From positions 97,962,001-98,026,000 of the forward strand of contig NC_087437.1 of the NCBI RefSeq assembly GCF_036321535.1: a stretch of DNA of 64,000 bases, in the 5' to 3' direction. Position numbers and translations under genes: made by a program. This document shows, piece by piece, positions 25,914-39,605 of this stretch; the first letter of the stretch is position 1; the number at the start of each line of letters is the position of its first letter. Below the pieces are notes generated by a model. That model was not told the origin of the DNA. It searched no databases and saw only the letters and a program-made list of their open reading frames with translations. This DNA comes from Camelus dromedarius (Eukaryota).

Positions 25914-26116
25914 TCAGTTGCTTGGCTCTGTGATAGTAATCTTCTGTACCATGTCAGACAGATTTTCAGACTCCAGATCTTCTTTACCATTATCTGAGTT
26001 TTCTGATGAGATATAACAACCAGAGTCCCTTGGGCAGTCATCTAACTGTGACTTATTTAAGGAGATGTCTGGGCTTAAGGACAGGGGCACAGATTCATTT
26101 TCTTGCTCTTGAATAG
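25914..26116 (-). CDS. SAMSN1: SAMSN1 terminal coding exon (coding part 203 nt including TGA)
   Basis: Translates to (T)IQEQENESVPLSLSPDISLNKSQLDDCPRDSGCYISSENSDNGKEDLESENLSDMVQKITITEPSN*. It has a long pyrimidine tract and ccAG acceptor, the phase matches the previous exon, and PRDSGCY is a family motif. The ORF track shows only a wrong frame here. Confidence 0.95.
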
Positions 26117-29010
26117 CTGGAAATGGAAAAGAGGGGAGCAGTTAGGCAAAGCCAAGAAAAGTTTTATTCATATATTAATTCATCTTCAAGCTGTTTTAAC
26201 TGTTCCAACCTTTACTTCATTACAATTGAAACTTTTGTAAGTAAACATTTGTTGATTATAAAAGTGATGTTTGCACTCAAATATTCAAACCCCTGTTTTC
26301 TTAGAAGACAAAGTTTGCCCTTTGTTGCTCACTTGCAGTTTCATGAAATTCATGTGAACTGCTTACATAAGTGAAGATCAATATGGACTCTCACTTTACA
26401 TTAATGATAAGTTGCCAGAGAAAGCAGATTGTATCCACAGTGTGACTGATGCCTTTTCCAAATGCTCCTTAAAGTAACACTAGAAAAAGTCATTTGTAGT
26501 TTAAATGTACAATCCAAATCAATAGTGATCTTTTCGAACAATTCTAGAATCGTGATAATGTGGATTAATGAATATAAAAGATCACTATGAGCAACAGTAT
26601 ACAGTAGGACTTTGATAACTTGGAATTTAACTAATAAAACTTAAAATATCCAAAAATTTTATATGTTTGCTTTCATCAGAAAAGTAGACAAAGAAACCAA
26701 GTTGCTTTTAGAAAATAAAATACTATTTCCATTGAATCTGTCTTTTGTAGTGTGTCAGAAATTCTACATCTTTTGTTTATAGTTCTGAATAACAATTGTT
26801 GATACTCAGATTGGTAATTCTGTGTCATCAAAGCAGTATTCTGGATTCAGTAGGCATTATCTTTTTAGAAAAAAATATTAGAGATGTAATGAAAGATATT
26901 TCTAAAGAACCTGAGCAGCCCTATGAAGTTTTACTCCTCTCAAGAAAGAGCATCAGTGTTCTCTTTGTCAATGTGAAGTTTCTTTTTTTGCATTTCCTGA
27001 CACTAGTAAATGGGTGTTTCTCTGCATCATGAGATGGGTTCCTCAGAGAGGAGATGGATGTGAGGCCACCACCTCTCAGCTGTATCAGCGTGTCTTGCTC
27101 TTCCCCCTTCTAACCTTTGGACATTTGAATTGCCCTACATTGGAAAAACATACATTTCAGGGTGGGCTAAGACCTCTGTCTTCAGAGGCTACACACTGCA
27201 TTCCACTCCAGTGAGAAGAAAGTAAACCTTAACTTCAAAATCCTTGAAAGAAGGAAATTGTGTAATTGTGCAATTTTCCTCAATGGATTCATAAGTAATT
27301 TATCCTTTAGAAATCCACTTTTTAATCTTGCCTACATATCTCCTGCTTTTAAATGCATTTTCTAGGTTTCAGATATCTTGCCAACATTAGTTTATGGTTC
27401 AGTGTGAATCCAATTGTTGTCAACTTCATTAAAAGAGAGAATTGGGCCCTGGTGCCTTCGTATACTTGCATGTAATGAATTAAGTTCTCATCAATGTATC
27501 TAGAATGGTACTGGTTATGTACCACTCATGGAGGAATTGAGAAAAGAGTCACTCAAATTATTTTCTGTATTCTGCGGTTTAGATGGGAAATACAGATTGA
27601 GTAAGGTTGGGAAAAAATGATAAAAATAATTTCTTAGTCTACTCATCTTCAAAATGAGTCATAGCAGTTCTTTTAATCTTTTCTTCAAGGCTTTTATTTG
27701 CAACAATGAAACCACATTTATGCCACTCCTCTGAATCTTCTCCACATTTGCCACAATGTATTTAACTTATTTCTAATTCAAGGATCAGATATTTAAGTCT
27801 AGTGATATGATAACTAGTTCTAAGCATAAGGAACTTTAACTTTAATATGTACCTATTGTGACTGTTATTTTAAAATGTTAGCTATCATGAGGCATTTTCT
27901 CTTTATTAGTCATAACAACCTTTAGGTTTAAGGAGAGTCTACTTAATATTGATTAGTCTTTATGAGTATCAGTCATTCACTTTTGTTCCCAAGCCCTTCT
28001 TTTATAAAAAGGCAGCACTGAAATGGGACCTCATTCTCTAAGGAAAAGCTCTCTCCCTCTGCTTTTCTGTCTTATCACCACTGAAATGAAAGACCCAGCT
28101 CTGTGTTCCATTATCCAGGTGTTTCTGGAAAAGGCCAGAGGACTTGGATTTGTGGCCATGCTTCCTGTCCCATCAGCAGTGATCACCAGATTTGGAGCGT
28201 GATTCTCTTAGAATGTTTGTGGGGGTAATGCCATATTTCCCCAGATTATGTTTGGGCCTATTACCTGAACACAAAGTAGGAAGAACTGAGTTCCCTTCCT
28301 TCAGACTGACATCCTAAACAGGACTTGGTGTAATAAAACTGCTCCCAACACCATGTTCTGTTTAGGTTGATTACTGATTGTGGGGCTCTCGTCAACATAT
28401 AAAACATGGGCTTGAAGAAATCTGATTTCCAAAATTAGCTCTTTTCCTTTCAAAAAATAAGTAGTCAGCTTGTTATTTTGTCCTCAGAAGCCTCTATACA
28501 TTCACCTCAAAGGCTAACAAAGTAAACAAACAATAAATGAAAATCTGACTTTAATAGAAAATGTGGCATTTAAAAAATTTTAGTAATAAAATATATTTTA
28601 AAATTTCCCCCTGACAAATACTGTATCATACTCTCTAAATTCTAGGAATGGTTTGTTTTAAATACAGGTTATTTATTGTAGAAACCTTTCATCTGCAATT
28701 TTTATGGAAAATAGAAATTGTTTCTCAGTATGAAAGTTATGCAGCACAGTAATTTACAAAACAGCAGTAATTTGCTAAATGATTTCCTAGTGAAATGAAA
28801 ACATGACTATGCCTCCTCAAAAGCTTCCCACCAGGCTTGCAATAATTTTAGGCAAGTGATCAGCTGGAGCCCCTCAACTGTAACTATAAAAAGAAAAGGC
28901 AGGTCATTAAGTTACATTATGGAAGTGAAAGCTATGTAGCATTCAGTTTTTTTGTATTTGAACGGTCAAGATTTTCCTCTTCTTGGTTTTTTGTTTTTTG
29001 TTTTTTTTTT

Positions 29011-29242
29011 TCCATCCTGACACTAATGACTTAGGGATTGGCACAAACCTAGGTCTTATGCGATGGTTGGTTTTTCCAGCAGAGGTGATGAATTCACACT
29101 AAAACATCTACATTTTCTTTCTAAGTCATTTAGTTCCTTCATGTGGCCATGAAACAGAGTAAAGCTAACCAACTACCTAGAAATTGAAACTATAACCTTC
29201 ATCAGTTTTGTCCCATGGTCCAATCATCTGAGCTAACCAGGC
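29011..29242 (-). mobile_element. MamSINE1-like ancient tRNA-derived SINE
   Basis: The reverse complement begins gcctggttagctcagatgattgg. It continues gttagctttactctgtttcatggccaca and later catcacctctgctggaaaaac, collinear with the recalled MamSINE1 consensus. Confidence 0.7.
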
Positions 29243-32200
29243 AAGAATCACACTGAAGTGAAAAATAGTATGCCTACAAAATTACACACTTGCCATAGGA
29301 TATCTAAGTGCATTTTTATACCAAAATATTTCTGATAATAGGTTAAGTTAAAAAATCAGTGTGTATAATTTAATTATTTTATTATTGAAATTATATAAAA
29401 ACATATAGACATGCATATAATTGACATGCAAAAGTGTTAAAATTTTAGATAGATTTTCTCTTTACTTTCTCAGATTGTCTGCAATATCTTGTATTTTATT
29501 TTAACAAAGAACAAGAAATTTAAATGGTACTATTTTTCAGTAAAGCTCCTGAATGGTTTGCAAATATCCCAAAAGAATTTTCAAATCTGGGTATATTGGA
29601 GAATTATTAAATAATTTGAAGAAGGATATCTCATTGCTACCAGCCAATAGCAGGCATAACAGGAGTACAGAAAGCAGCCCCAAACAGTTCTGTACTCTGT
29701 GTAATGAAAATAAAATAATTATGTTAAGAATAAATTATTTAGGAGATACTTTGTCATAAAGAACTACTTTGAATATTAAAATATTTTATTTCTTACCAAA
29801 ATGTTTATGGAATCATGAGCCCATGTTTCAACATTTTAAGATAGTTGTCAATGGAGATAAAAAGTGGCATGGTGATTAGAACATAAGACAGCTAGTATAA
29901 TTATTCATAAAATAATTATATTGAGTTGTGACATTTAATTAATTAAGTATAGGCAATCTCAATTGTATTAAAAGTGAAGAAAGCTTTAAGGAAATCAAAC
30001 TAGATCCTAATTCTGGGAAAAAGTTCTCATGCCCTAAGGAGAGAACTCTGTCCTATATTCACATATTAGAAAGTTTAAGATTTAATAAAAATGTAAACTA
30101 CTAGTTTTTGCTTGACTTTCCCAGTTTTCTTTACCCAAATATTCCAGATTTTGACTTTACTATCTTGTTTGCTTTAGGTATGAAGCCTCTGTCCTTTAAG
30201 CCAAGTACTATAAAATAATGCAATCCGAAGGGCATAGGAAAATACCCGACCAATGAACGTGCTCAATAAACAATTTTTTTAATTAAAAATGTGATATTTA
30301 GATTAATTAAAGGAAATATGAACTAAAAAAGATCAAATAAGAAATTTTGTTGAAATTCAAATGAAGATACCTCTTGGGTCTTTACTCTCCTGTTCTTCTC
30401 TAGCTTGGTACTATCTCTAAAGAGGAAAAACCAGGCTTATGCATCTTAGGATGGCTCAAAACCTCATTTGTAGCCCCATTTGAGTCACTCAAACCAAAAC
30501 TCAAGCATTCTCCAGGTAACTATGGCTATATTTATTTGTCCAGAGGTAGCATTGTCCATGGAGGAACATCCAGTAGGTAGTATGGCATAACTCTTAATTA
30601 TTTCTGATTTCATCTTAAGCACATTCTAAATTACCTGAACACTTTAATTTTCTATTTAGTAGATATTTGGTATTTATTTCATTTAAATACTGACTCATCC
30701 TTTGGGAAAAAAAAATAAAAAAACAAAATGCAAGAACAAATTGGAAACAAGAATCACTTCATGGGAAACCAACCAGTTGCTGCTTTCTTGAGGCCATGAG
30801 AGAATATGGAGTTGGAATGACTCTCCCTCTTTTTGTAAACCTCTCTTTGCATCCATCACAGCATCATAGTCTAACCTCTAATGAGGTGTGTTCTGGGGAG
30901 AACATCTATACTCAAACTCACAGCAACTCCCACTTCTACTGTGCTGGCTCCTTCAGTGGGGCAGAGACACACTCACTTGAGAACCAATCACTCAGCACCA
31001 ACTCAGACAGCACTGTTAGGCTGCCGCTTCACCCAAGCACACATCCCCATAAAAGGCTCTGGTCCCAAGAAACATTTACCCTTGGTTGAGTTGTCATATT
31101 GCACTATTTTGGTCAGGACCAAGTAATATTAAAAACTATCACTAAATTAGGGGCCTTAGGAAATCAATATCATATTTCTTATAGGTTAAATTAATATGGT
31201 GAAAAAAAACCCTGATTTCATTATTTTAAAATTTATTATTTGGCAGAAGTAGTAACACTTAGCATATTACTGATCTACAATTTGCTTTTACCATTTAATA
31301 TGTTTTGGACATAATGTCAGTACATGTCTCATTCTCTTAATATCTTCATACTACTTTGTTGTTTGCATATATCTTAATTTATTTATAAAAATTAAATACT
31401 GATGGAAGTTCACATTGGTTTTAGTTTTTAATTAAAACTCCTAGTAGTTTAGCTAGTATTTTTATGCATTTGTAGAATTTAAACAAATTTCTAAAATTGG
31501 AATTTCTGGATACAAAAGTACACACATTTTAAACTTTGATAGTTTTTACATTATCATCTTCTAGAAATGTACTCATTTATATTCTTGCACACTCATATGC
31601 ACACACAGTCATGCATAAAATGAATCTTGACAACACATCCCAATACCCACCAAAAACTTTTATATGTGAGGTGGGATTGAAGGAGACTTTAAGTTTTATA
31701 ACCAGAAAAATAGTCTTGCATGCTATTTACAAATTTCTTCACTCCCTCATTCAACACATATGCATTCTGCAAGCACTTGTTAACCATCCACTCAATGCAA
31801 AGAGCAGTTCTAGGGCCTTTGGGAAGGCACATGGTAATAGAGGATTCACTCTTGTTTGTCCAGAGTAATCATTACAAAACCATGCCTAGTACACCATCAC
31901 AGTGCACTATAAAAAGTACAGGAATGCCCTACATGTACAGACATTATAAGTTCTTTAGGTGACTGAGGTGAAAATTCTGTGAACTCTTCCCTCTGGGAAT
32001 TGCTCTCTGGTTGAAGTATAAAAATGTTTCTGTTTCATTTTATTGTTCTTTGTGTTATATAGAAGATGGCATCTATCATAGTTTAAATCTTAGGGGGGTA
32101 AAACCAAAAAGAAATCTGAAGAAAGTAAAATGGCTATGACTAGAAATAGATATTACATGCATGTTTATAAATACATAAAAGTAAAATATCTGTGTGCGTT

Positions 32201-35200
32201 CTTTACTCTATGTGGATAGTTAGCATCTATTTTCTTAAAAGGCTGTACATTTCTTGAATCTAGATCCAAATCATATGGCAAGTGGGTTGGAAACACCAGG
32301 CGCACATGTCAGGGGCTAAGGCACCAGGCTCCCCTGGCACGCTGTCAGGCCAACTGCTGGACTGCTGCTTGGCATAACTACAAATCTCCCCTGCTGGCAG
32401 CTCATGTTCCAGGCTCCTGGCTGGGACTTGCCATTTGCCCTGCATCGTTTTGGGCAGGTAGGCAGGCAGGAAGGCACAACTGGGGATAGTTGAGCAATGA
32501 GGGGCTGCTGTGACCACAGCTGGTGCCAACAGCCTGGCACACAACCCACCTTTCCCCCTTCCTCCTCATTGAGCGCTGCAAACAAACATTGCAGGTAGTA
32601 CCTAAAATATGCTATGTATGGATTTTAGTGGAGTTTGCTTGTTCTGTTACTAAGTTGTTTTTTTTTTTTTTGCTTTCAATGTAAAATTTAATTATCCCTG
32701 TGCTATAAGGGAGAACAAGATATTTCCATCTTCCATTTTCCCCAAGGACAATAGGACACATTCTCATAGATACACTTTTAAGACACATCAAAGTGCTTCT
32801 AAATGTGGGAAAAGAGAAACACATTCAGAAGAAAAAGAAAATATTTACTATAAACAGCAGTTAACTATCATATTATTCTAAAGAGGCCTTTCTCAGCGAG
32901 GCAAAGAGGCTTGAAGGTTGTGTTTAAGGAACAACACACACACACACGCACATATTCGCTATCCGTTTTTACTTGCTGGGAATATTTATTCAAAGTAAAT
33001 AAGCCATTTTAAAATTCAGAGGATAAATAGAGAAAATCTAATGTGTACAATATAAGCACATTCTACTCTTTCGCTCTTTTAAGAGCTGAGTATTTCATTC
33101 TAATTTTTTTTCTCTTTCTAACCTCATCTAGATTCTCAGTTGAGGGAGCCAGGGGCCTAATTCTGCTCAGTTCTAATGCAACGTGAGAACAAATTCAGAA
33201 CATCTCTGTACTGGTCTTGCCTGGGATTGCAGAACCCCAAATTCGTTATTCTGTTCCAAGGTAGTACTGTGATCAGCCCCACCAGCACTCACCAGCCCTA
33301 CTATCAGCTTGTTAAAGAAGCATCTTTCCTCTGGTCAAGCAGTGACCTAAAAAAGCTTAATCTGCTTTAGGTTTTCAAGGTCAAAGTAGGTATGGTACTA
33401 TCTGTTTAGGCCTAAGAGAAAAGGAAAATTGCTTGCTCTAAGTCTTAGATTTCTGTCTGTCCCCATTCCATCCCCTATCCTCTTGGGCCCTCCAGATGTA
33501 TTAAAGGCTTACAGGGAGCTTGTGGTCTTTTCTACATGATCTGAAAGCTTTAACTCTGGTCCTCAAAATAGGTGCCCACTCTGCTCAATTTTTATAATGA
33601 GTGATTAGCAAAGCAAAACTTTTCAGTTTCCAACCTAAGAAGCAATGAAACTCTAAACTGGGAATTTATTGATGTTCCCCAAACTGACATTATTCAGTGA
33701 TTAAAATAAAATGCATACATAAAATCCTGGCCAATTTGCCTACCCCATTCTTCCACACACACACACACAAAAGCTAACTATTTTTAACCTATGACTGTAA
33801 TGTGCATTTGTTTTAAAATTGTCTCAGTTTTAAACAACCATATATTCAAGGTCTTTATCATTCAAGGCACATGAAGGTTGTGCATTTAATCTTTAGCATG
33901 GTTGTAGAAGATATGATTCACAGAGTACAGAATAGATAAAAATAAGCATGCAGTAGCATGGTGCCGAATCATCAGAGCTCACTATCTTATCAACGAATAG
34001 AAGTCATTCTTCTTTGTTTCTTGAGCAAAGCAGTTTCATATAAGATAAATAGCTTTCAGTCAGAATAGCCTAACATGCAATATGCATCTTTTTGACATGT
34101 ATATTCTAATACTACTTTAGACCATAAGATTAAAAGAAGAAAAATCTCAGAGTTGTGTGCTGACAACAAACACTGGTTGAATCTGCATTTGTTCCATATT
34201 TCATCTCCCAGAATTTGGTTCAGTGCGGGTATGTTTGTACATTACTGGCTATTATTAAATGATCAACCTCTAGTGACCTTCAACTACTGTTTTCTAAAGT
34301 TTTATAAGGAGGAATAATTCAGGGAATTTCTACTTTTTTATATCAAACATTGAAAGTCACATCATGCTTTGGAGATACTGTGTTTTGCTTTCAGAGACCA
34401 GAGTTGAGTAGAATGTGTTTCTACTAGATTTTGGAGACTGGATTCTCGATATGTGACCTTGAGAAGACTACTTGACTACTCTAGTTTTAGTTTACCCATC
34501 TTGCAAAGGAAGAATTTGAGTCAGATTTTTTTTTAAATTACATGTAGCTCTAATGTGATATCATCCATAAATTATTACTCTTTTGTTAACATAGAAAGTA
34601 GATGGATGATGAGGGAAGTGGAATAAAGAAATTAAGTGGACACTTTAAGTGGCCCATGCCTTTGGCATTGGGCTGGTCTTCCCTCTGTGGGCCCCTGCTG
34701 AACATTGTTTTATGGCTGAAAGCCTGCTTGTGGAGGCTCTCTGGCCCCTTCCATTCACAAATCCTGTTGCAATGCAGCCATATTAACTTTTCACCTTTCA
34801 GGGCACCATGCTATTGCAAAGTTTCTGTTCTCACTTAAATATTAGCTTCTACTTTCTGAGATTGAAAACTGAACTGAAGCACTTGGGGAAATTGGCAAAG
34901 TAGTAGAAAACTTGAATTTTCAAATACTCATTTTATTAATTTTTACCAGTTTGTATGTGTGGAAGAAAGAACTTGGATTTTTATAGCAGACTGTCTGATG
35001 AGAACTCTAACTCTGCTACTAACCTAGCTATTTGGCCTCTTTGAAATTCATCTATGAAATATTTTTCATCTATAAAATGGGCAAAATATCTGCATGGTTG
35101 TTATTGTAGAAGGAAAACAATTAAATCTTCTTCCCCCCTCTACTTTAGCATCAACTTATTTTGGAAAGTATTGACAATGATACTGCAACTTATCAATTAC

Positions 35201-35829
35201 CAGAAATCTACAGAATCCATTTCTTAGTGTCGCATTGCTTAGTAAGGAGCCATGTTTTGAAATGACAAGGTGGGTTTCCTCATTTACCTCATTTACCCGG
35301 AAGCTATTGTTACATCAATTTACACTGCTCGGTTTTGTTTTCCCTTGTACTGTTGAGTAGACTGGCTACTTTACATTTGACCTCTGTCTGCCTCTGGAAC
35401 CAGATTGCCCTCGCTTCTGCATCTCCCATCCTCCACAGCTTCAAAGAATGCATATAAACACCTAGGCCTAAGGTTGAGATCAATTCTGCGGGTGTCTTCT
35501 GGGGGTGTCAAATTAGCAATGCCTGTGAAAGCTCTTTGAAAAGGATGAGAATCTGTGCAAACTCAAGACAGCAAGTAAGAATTACGTGAGGTACGATTTC
35601 TAAAAATGTAAATTAATTCTTGCTGGATAAAAGGCTGTTATATAATAGACATGTGCTGTTCAACTGTGCCATTTTGTGGGGCATATGAGGGAGGATATAG
35701 TAAAGCTTCCGAAGGGACAGTCAGGAGACCTCCATCCTGATAGGGCTTTCCTCCTTACCCTGTATCTGGGCTATTATTTGCAGTGTTAGTAATTGTATAT
35801 AGCACAGCATCACCAACACTGGTGCTACC

Positions 35830-36010
35830 TTTCTAGTTCACTAGGTATGTGAGCTTGGACAAGTCACTCATCTTCTCAATTTCTCATTATAAAAATGGTG
35901 GGACTACCTAACTCACAGAGTTGTGGAGAACATTAAAGAAAATAATAAATGTAAAGACCTTGGCTCAAAGTTTTAGTCAGAGAACATGTTCAAAACTAAT
36001 AAATGATTAC
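35830..36010 (+). mobile_element. MIR SINE
   Basis: Motif tgtgagcttggacaagtcact...ctcattataaaaatgg...cacagagttgtggagaacattaaa. Confidence 0.75.
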
Positions 36011-36764
36011 TATTAATATTACTTTTGAAAGAGTAGGTTGGATTAGATGATCTAAGTTCTTTTTCATCTTTAAAATTAGTTACCTCCCCCTCCTATTCTT
36101 TCCTAACAAAATACTCCTTGCAGAGTTTGGCACTCCCTACACTCAGGACTTTGGGAGCCCAGCCAGGTTTAGTAAGAAGAATACTCAGATCGGGCAATTG
36201 TAAAAACACAAGCTATCCTGTCTTTACAAACCCAGTTGGCGTGGACTGTTTCAAGTGAACCTACATGTGTTACTCGATCTTTAGTTTATACTTACAAATA
36301 CAGAGAACCATCTCAGATAATAAAAGTGAGTGCTGAATATTTTTGCAAGCTATTATACCATTTTGAAAGAATACTATAAACAAGTACAGGATGTGCCTAT
36401 ATGGTAATGAAATGAATTTTCTTGTGTGGCGTGAAGGCTCATTAGCTCAGAGCCATGCTCTGTGCTGTTCTACAGTCGCATATGACATTTCTCACTAATG
36501 GCTCATGCTGTCACTAAATATTTGTCTCTAACTCCACCAGTCGTTGGCAATGCAGGCATCCACTTGTGTATGAATTACTAGCGCTGCAGAATCTAAATGA
36601 GGTACCCAGAGAAGTCCTTCCATTTTCTGAGTCCAATAAGAAAAAAAGGCCCTCTTTCTAATTATAGGTTTGACCAGAGCTGTTGTTTCCAAGAAAATAC
36701 TTATTTTATGGGAAAGGATGCTTTATATGATTCTCAGTAAATAAAACTGTGGCTTTGTTTTTCA

Positions 36765-37013
<249 letters not shown>

Positions 37014-38891
37014 TCAGATTCAAATATTTTATTTTTAGTTCTCTTTAGATTAAAAAAAAAAAAGTGTAGAAATGCATATGGAAACCAAAGGTGCCAACAG
37101 AACTTTTGCTTAACTTTATTTTATTTGCACTAGTTTTCCACATATGAACTCAGGGCATTTAAAGAGTCTGTTGTATAGTTCTCACCTTCTGCAAGGACAA
37201 ATGTAAAGAAGAGACGATTTCTTTAATCTCCACAATGCTAAATCACAGATCAATTAAATAGCTGGATCATTCATATCATTTGGCACTTTTTCACTTCTCA
37301 AATAGCTAAATTGACAAAGCTAACATGTTATGAAGCCTATCAGTAAAATGGCTCTAATAGAGTATAATATAATAATATTTCTGGATCTACATCTCTTCTT
37401 GTTTGCTTGACTGCAAAATCATCTACCCTCATTAACTTCTTGGGGTCAGTTAAAAAATGAATTCAAAACAGACACAATTTATATAAAAAGTAGACAGCAT
37501 TTTGGTTGAAAAGCATTGTATAAACATAAGGAACCCCAAACTTTCTATTTAATTAAAAACTTTTATTAAGCATAAAACACTCTGGTTGGGAAAAGTATTG
37601 TTTCCTTTTCTCAGCATGTATATTTTGTCCATCATTTGCATCAATATATATTAGTTTAAAATTCATAGGCTTCTGATTTCAAAGTCAGTATGTTATTTAT
37701 GTAACCTCTGTTCTCTCTAACAAAATAAAAATGTAAAGTGAATTTGAATGCTTTTCAACTTCTTCAAAAATTCCTCCCATTTTACTTGATCATAATTCAA
37801 CATCCTCATTTTAGTTACTAAAATAAAATAACAGGAAGTATAAAAGTTTTAAGGAATCAGAAAGAAATTATTACCAGCCCTTTATTTTTTTAAAGGAACG
37901 ATATAGTAGTTCTTTTAAAAATAATGAGGTAGAATGGAAAAAAAAGAAAAAAGAAACCAAAATTCCCATTCTGATGTAGCTATCTAACTGTGGGTTCTTA
38001 AGTTATTTCACTTCCTTAGACCTTGATTTTTTTCACAGGTCACAGAACAAACAAGTAGCTGAAGCAGGATTCAAACTTGTGCTTTCTTCAAGGAGTACCC
38101 CGTTTGGGGGGCACTGGTAGTATTATTAGAAGGCCTATGGAGTTCCTGTTTGCAGACAGGAATACAACTAGATAATTCAGGAAAAACAATTGAGGAAAGT
38201 TTAATTGGCTATCACCTTGATAAATTTTGAAAACTATAAAAGTTCTGCTGTGTTAACTTTAGAAATGATTTGCAAAACAATAAATTGAGTGAGGTTAGGC
38301 ATATTGTATGTATACGGACATGCCATTTAACAACAGACATTTCATAAAAATTTTTCTAATATAACAAGAAAATAATTGGATTATAAATATGGACAACACA
38401 GTTTCCTTAACACAATCATCATGGGGACTTAATGATTACTGTTTCCTAACAAATTACTTTTAAAACAATTATATTTAGTTGTCTTCTCTTGACTTGCTTT
38501 TGATCTCTGCTCTGTAGAAAATTCAATTTTCTTTTCAATTCTCTGGAGTTTTACCTTCATTCTTTATGTTCTTTTTATCATTCTCATTTACATGTTTTCT
38601 CTGGACCTTTTAGTCTCCCAGGTTTATTTTACTTCTCACTATGCTTTCTCAACTTTAATCTCTACTGTGACTGCTAAGTATCATTAGAGTTTAGTCCAAG
38701 GGATGTTATATCAAGACCTGTCCTTGCAAAATAAAAGTAATAACAGACAAATATGAACTCTTCCTGGAAAACAGATTTTTCCCTTGCTGTAAGTCATGTA
38801 TTTTTTAGCAACGCTGTACAAACACAGATCCGTTCTCCCCGATTATTTCATCCACATGCCACCAAATCAAACAGGCCACAGGTTTGCTAAC

Positions 38892-39098
38892 CTGAAGGTG
38901 AATCCTCTCTAAGAACTCCTGTAGAGTCTGGGGTTTTTCCTTTCCACTCTTTCTGTGTGCTTTTATTTTCTTGGGGGCTGCTTCTTCTTCTGAGATGACA
39001 TCCACATAAATAAATTTGAAGTTTCCCACCTTATTGTTCAACATTCCTGTCCACATCCCCATTGGCGTCTTGCTGATAATGTCTATGATATCTCCTTT
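38892..39098 (-). CDS. SAMSN1: SAMSN1 coding exon (probably exon 6), 207 nt, phase 0-0; rest of SH3, linker and start of SAM
   Basis: Translates to KGDIIDIISKTPMGMWTGMLNNKVGNFKFIYVDVISEEEAAPKKIKAHRKSGKEKPQTLQEFLERIHLQ. Acceptor is ctttgtcctcAG and donor is GTTAGC. Confidence 0.97.
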
Positions 39099-39369
39099 CT
39101 GAGGACAAAGAAATACATAAATTAGATTTCAGAGAACTCTAGTGCTGTGACAATTGGTAGAAGTAATGAAATCACTGAAAATTAAGATAATCTGAGCATT
39201 ATGCTAAGGAGGGTTAAGGTTAGAAATAAGTCTAAGAGGAAATTTCTTTTAAAAGTTCAAGAAACTATTTGCAAGTAATACTGAAAAAAACTTCAAATGC
39301 TTGAAGAAAAACTCCTAAATGCATTTGATGATGTGGTTGTTTTTGGTACTATATTAACTTATCAACTTA

Positions 39370-39605
39370 TATTTGTGGACATCCCATAGTTTACAAAACA
39401 CTTTTGCATATTAAGTCATTTTATGCCCACAACATACCTCTTGGATATATATATTATATATATATAGTATCATAACTACTTGAAATATTACAGAAAAAGA
39501 AATTCAAACGTTAAATAATTTTCCAAGAGCTTACGGGAAGTTAATGGCAGAACCAGAACTCAAGCCTAAGTTGTCTTAACTCAAAAATGATGCTCTTTTC
39601 CTTCA
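39370..39605 (-). mobile_element. MIR SINE
   Basis: Motif atagtttacaaaacacttttgcata...gttaatggcagaaccagaactcaagcctaag. Confidence 0.6.
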
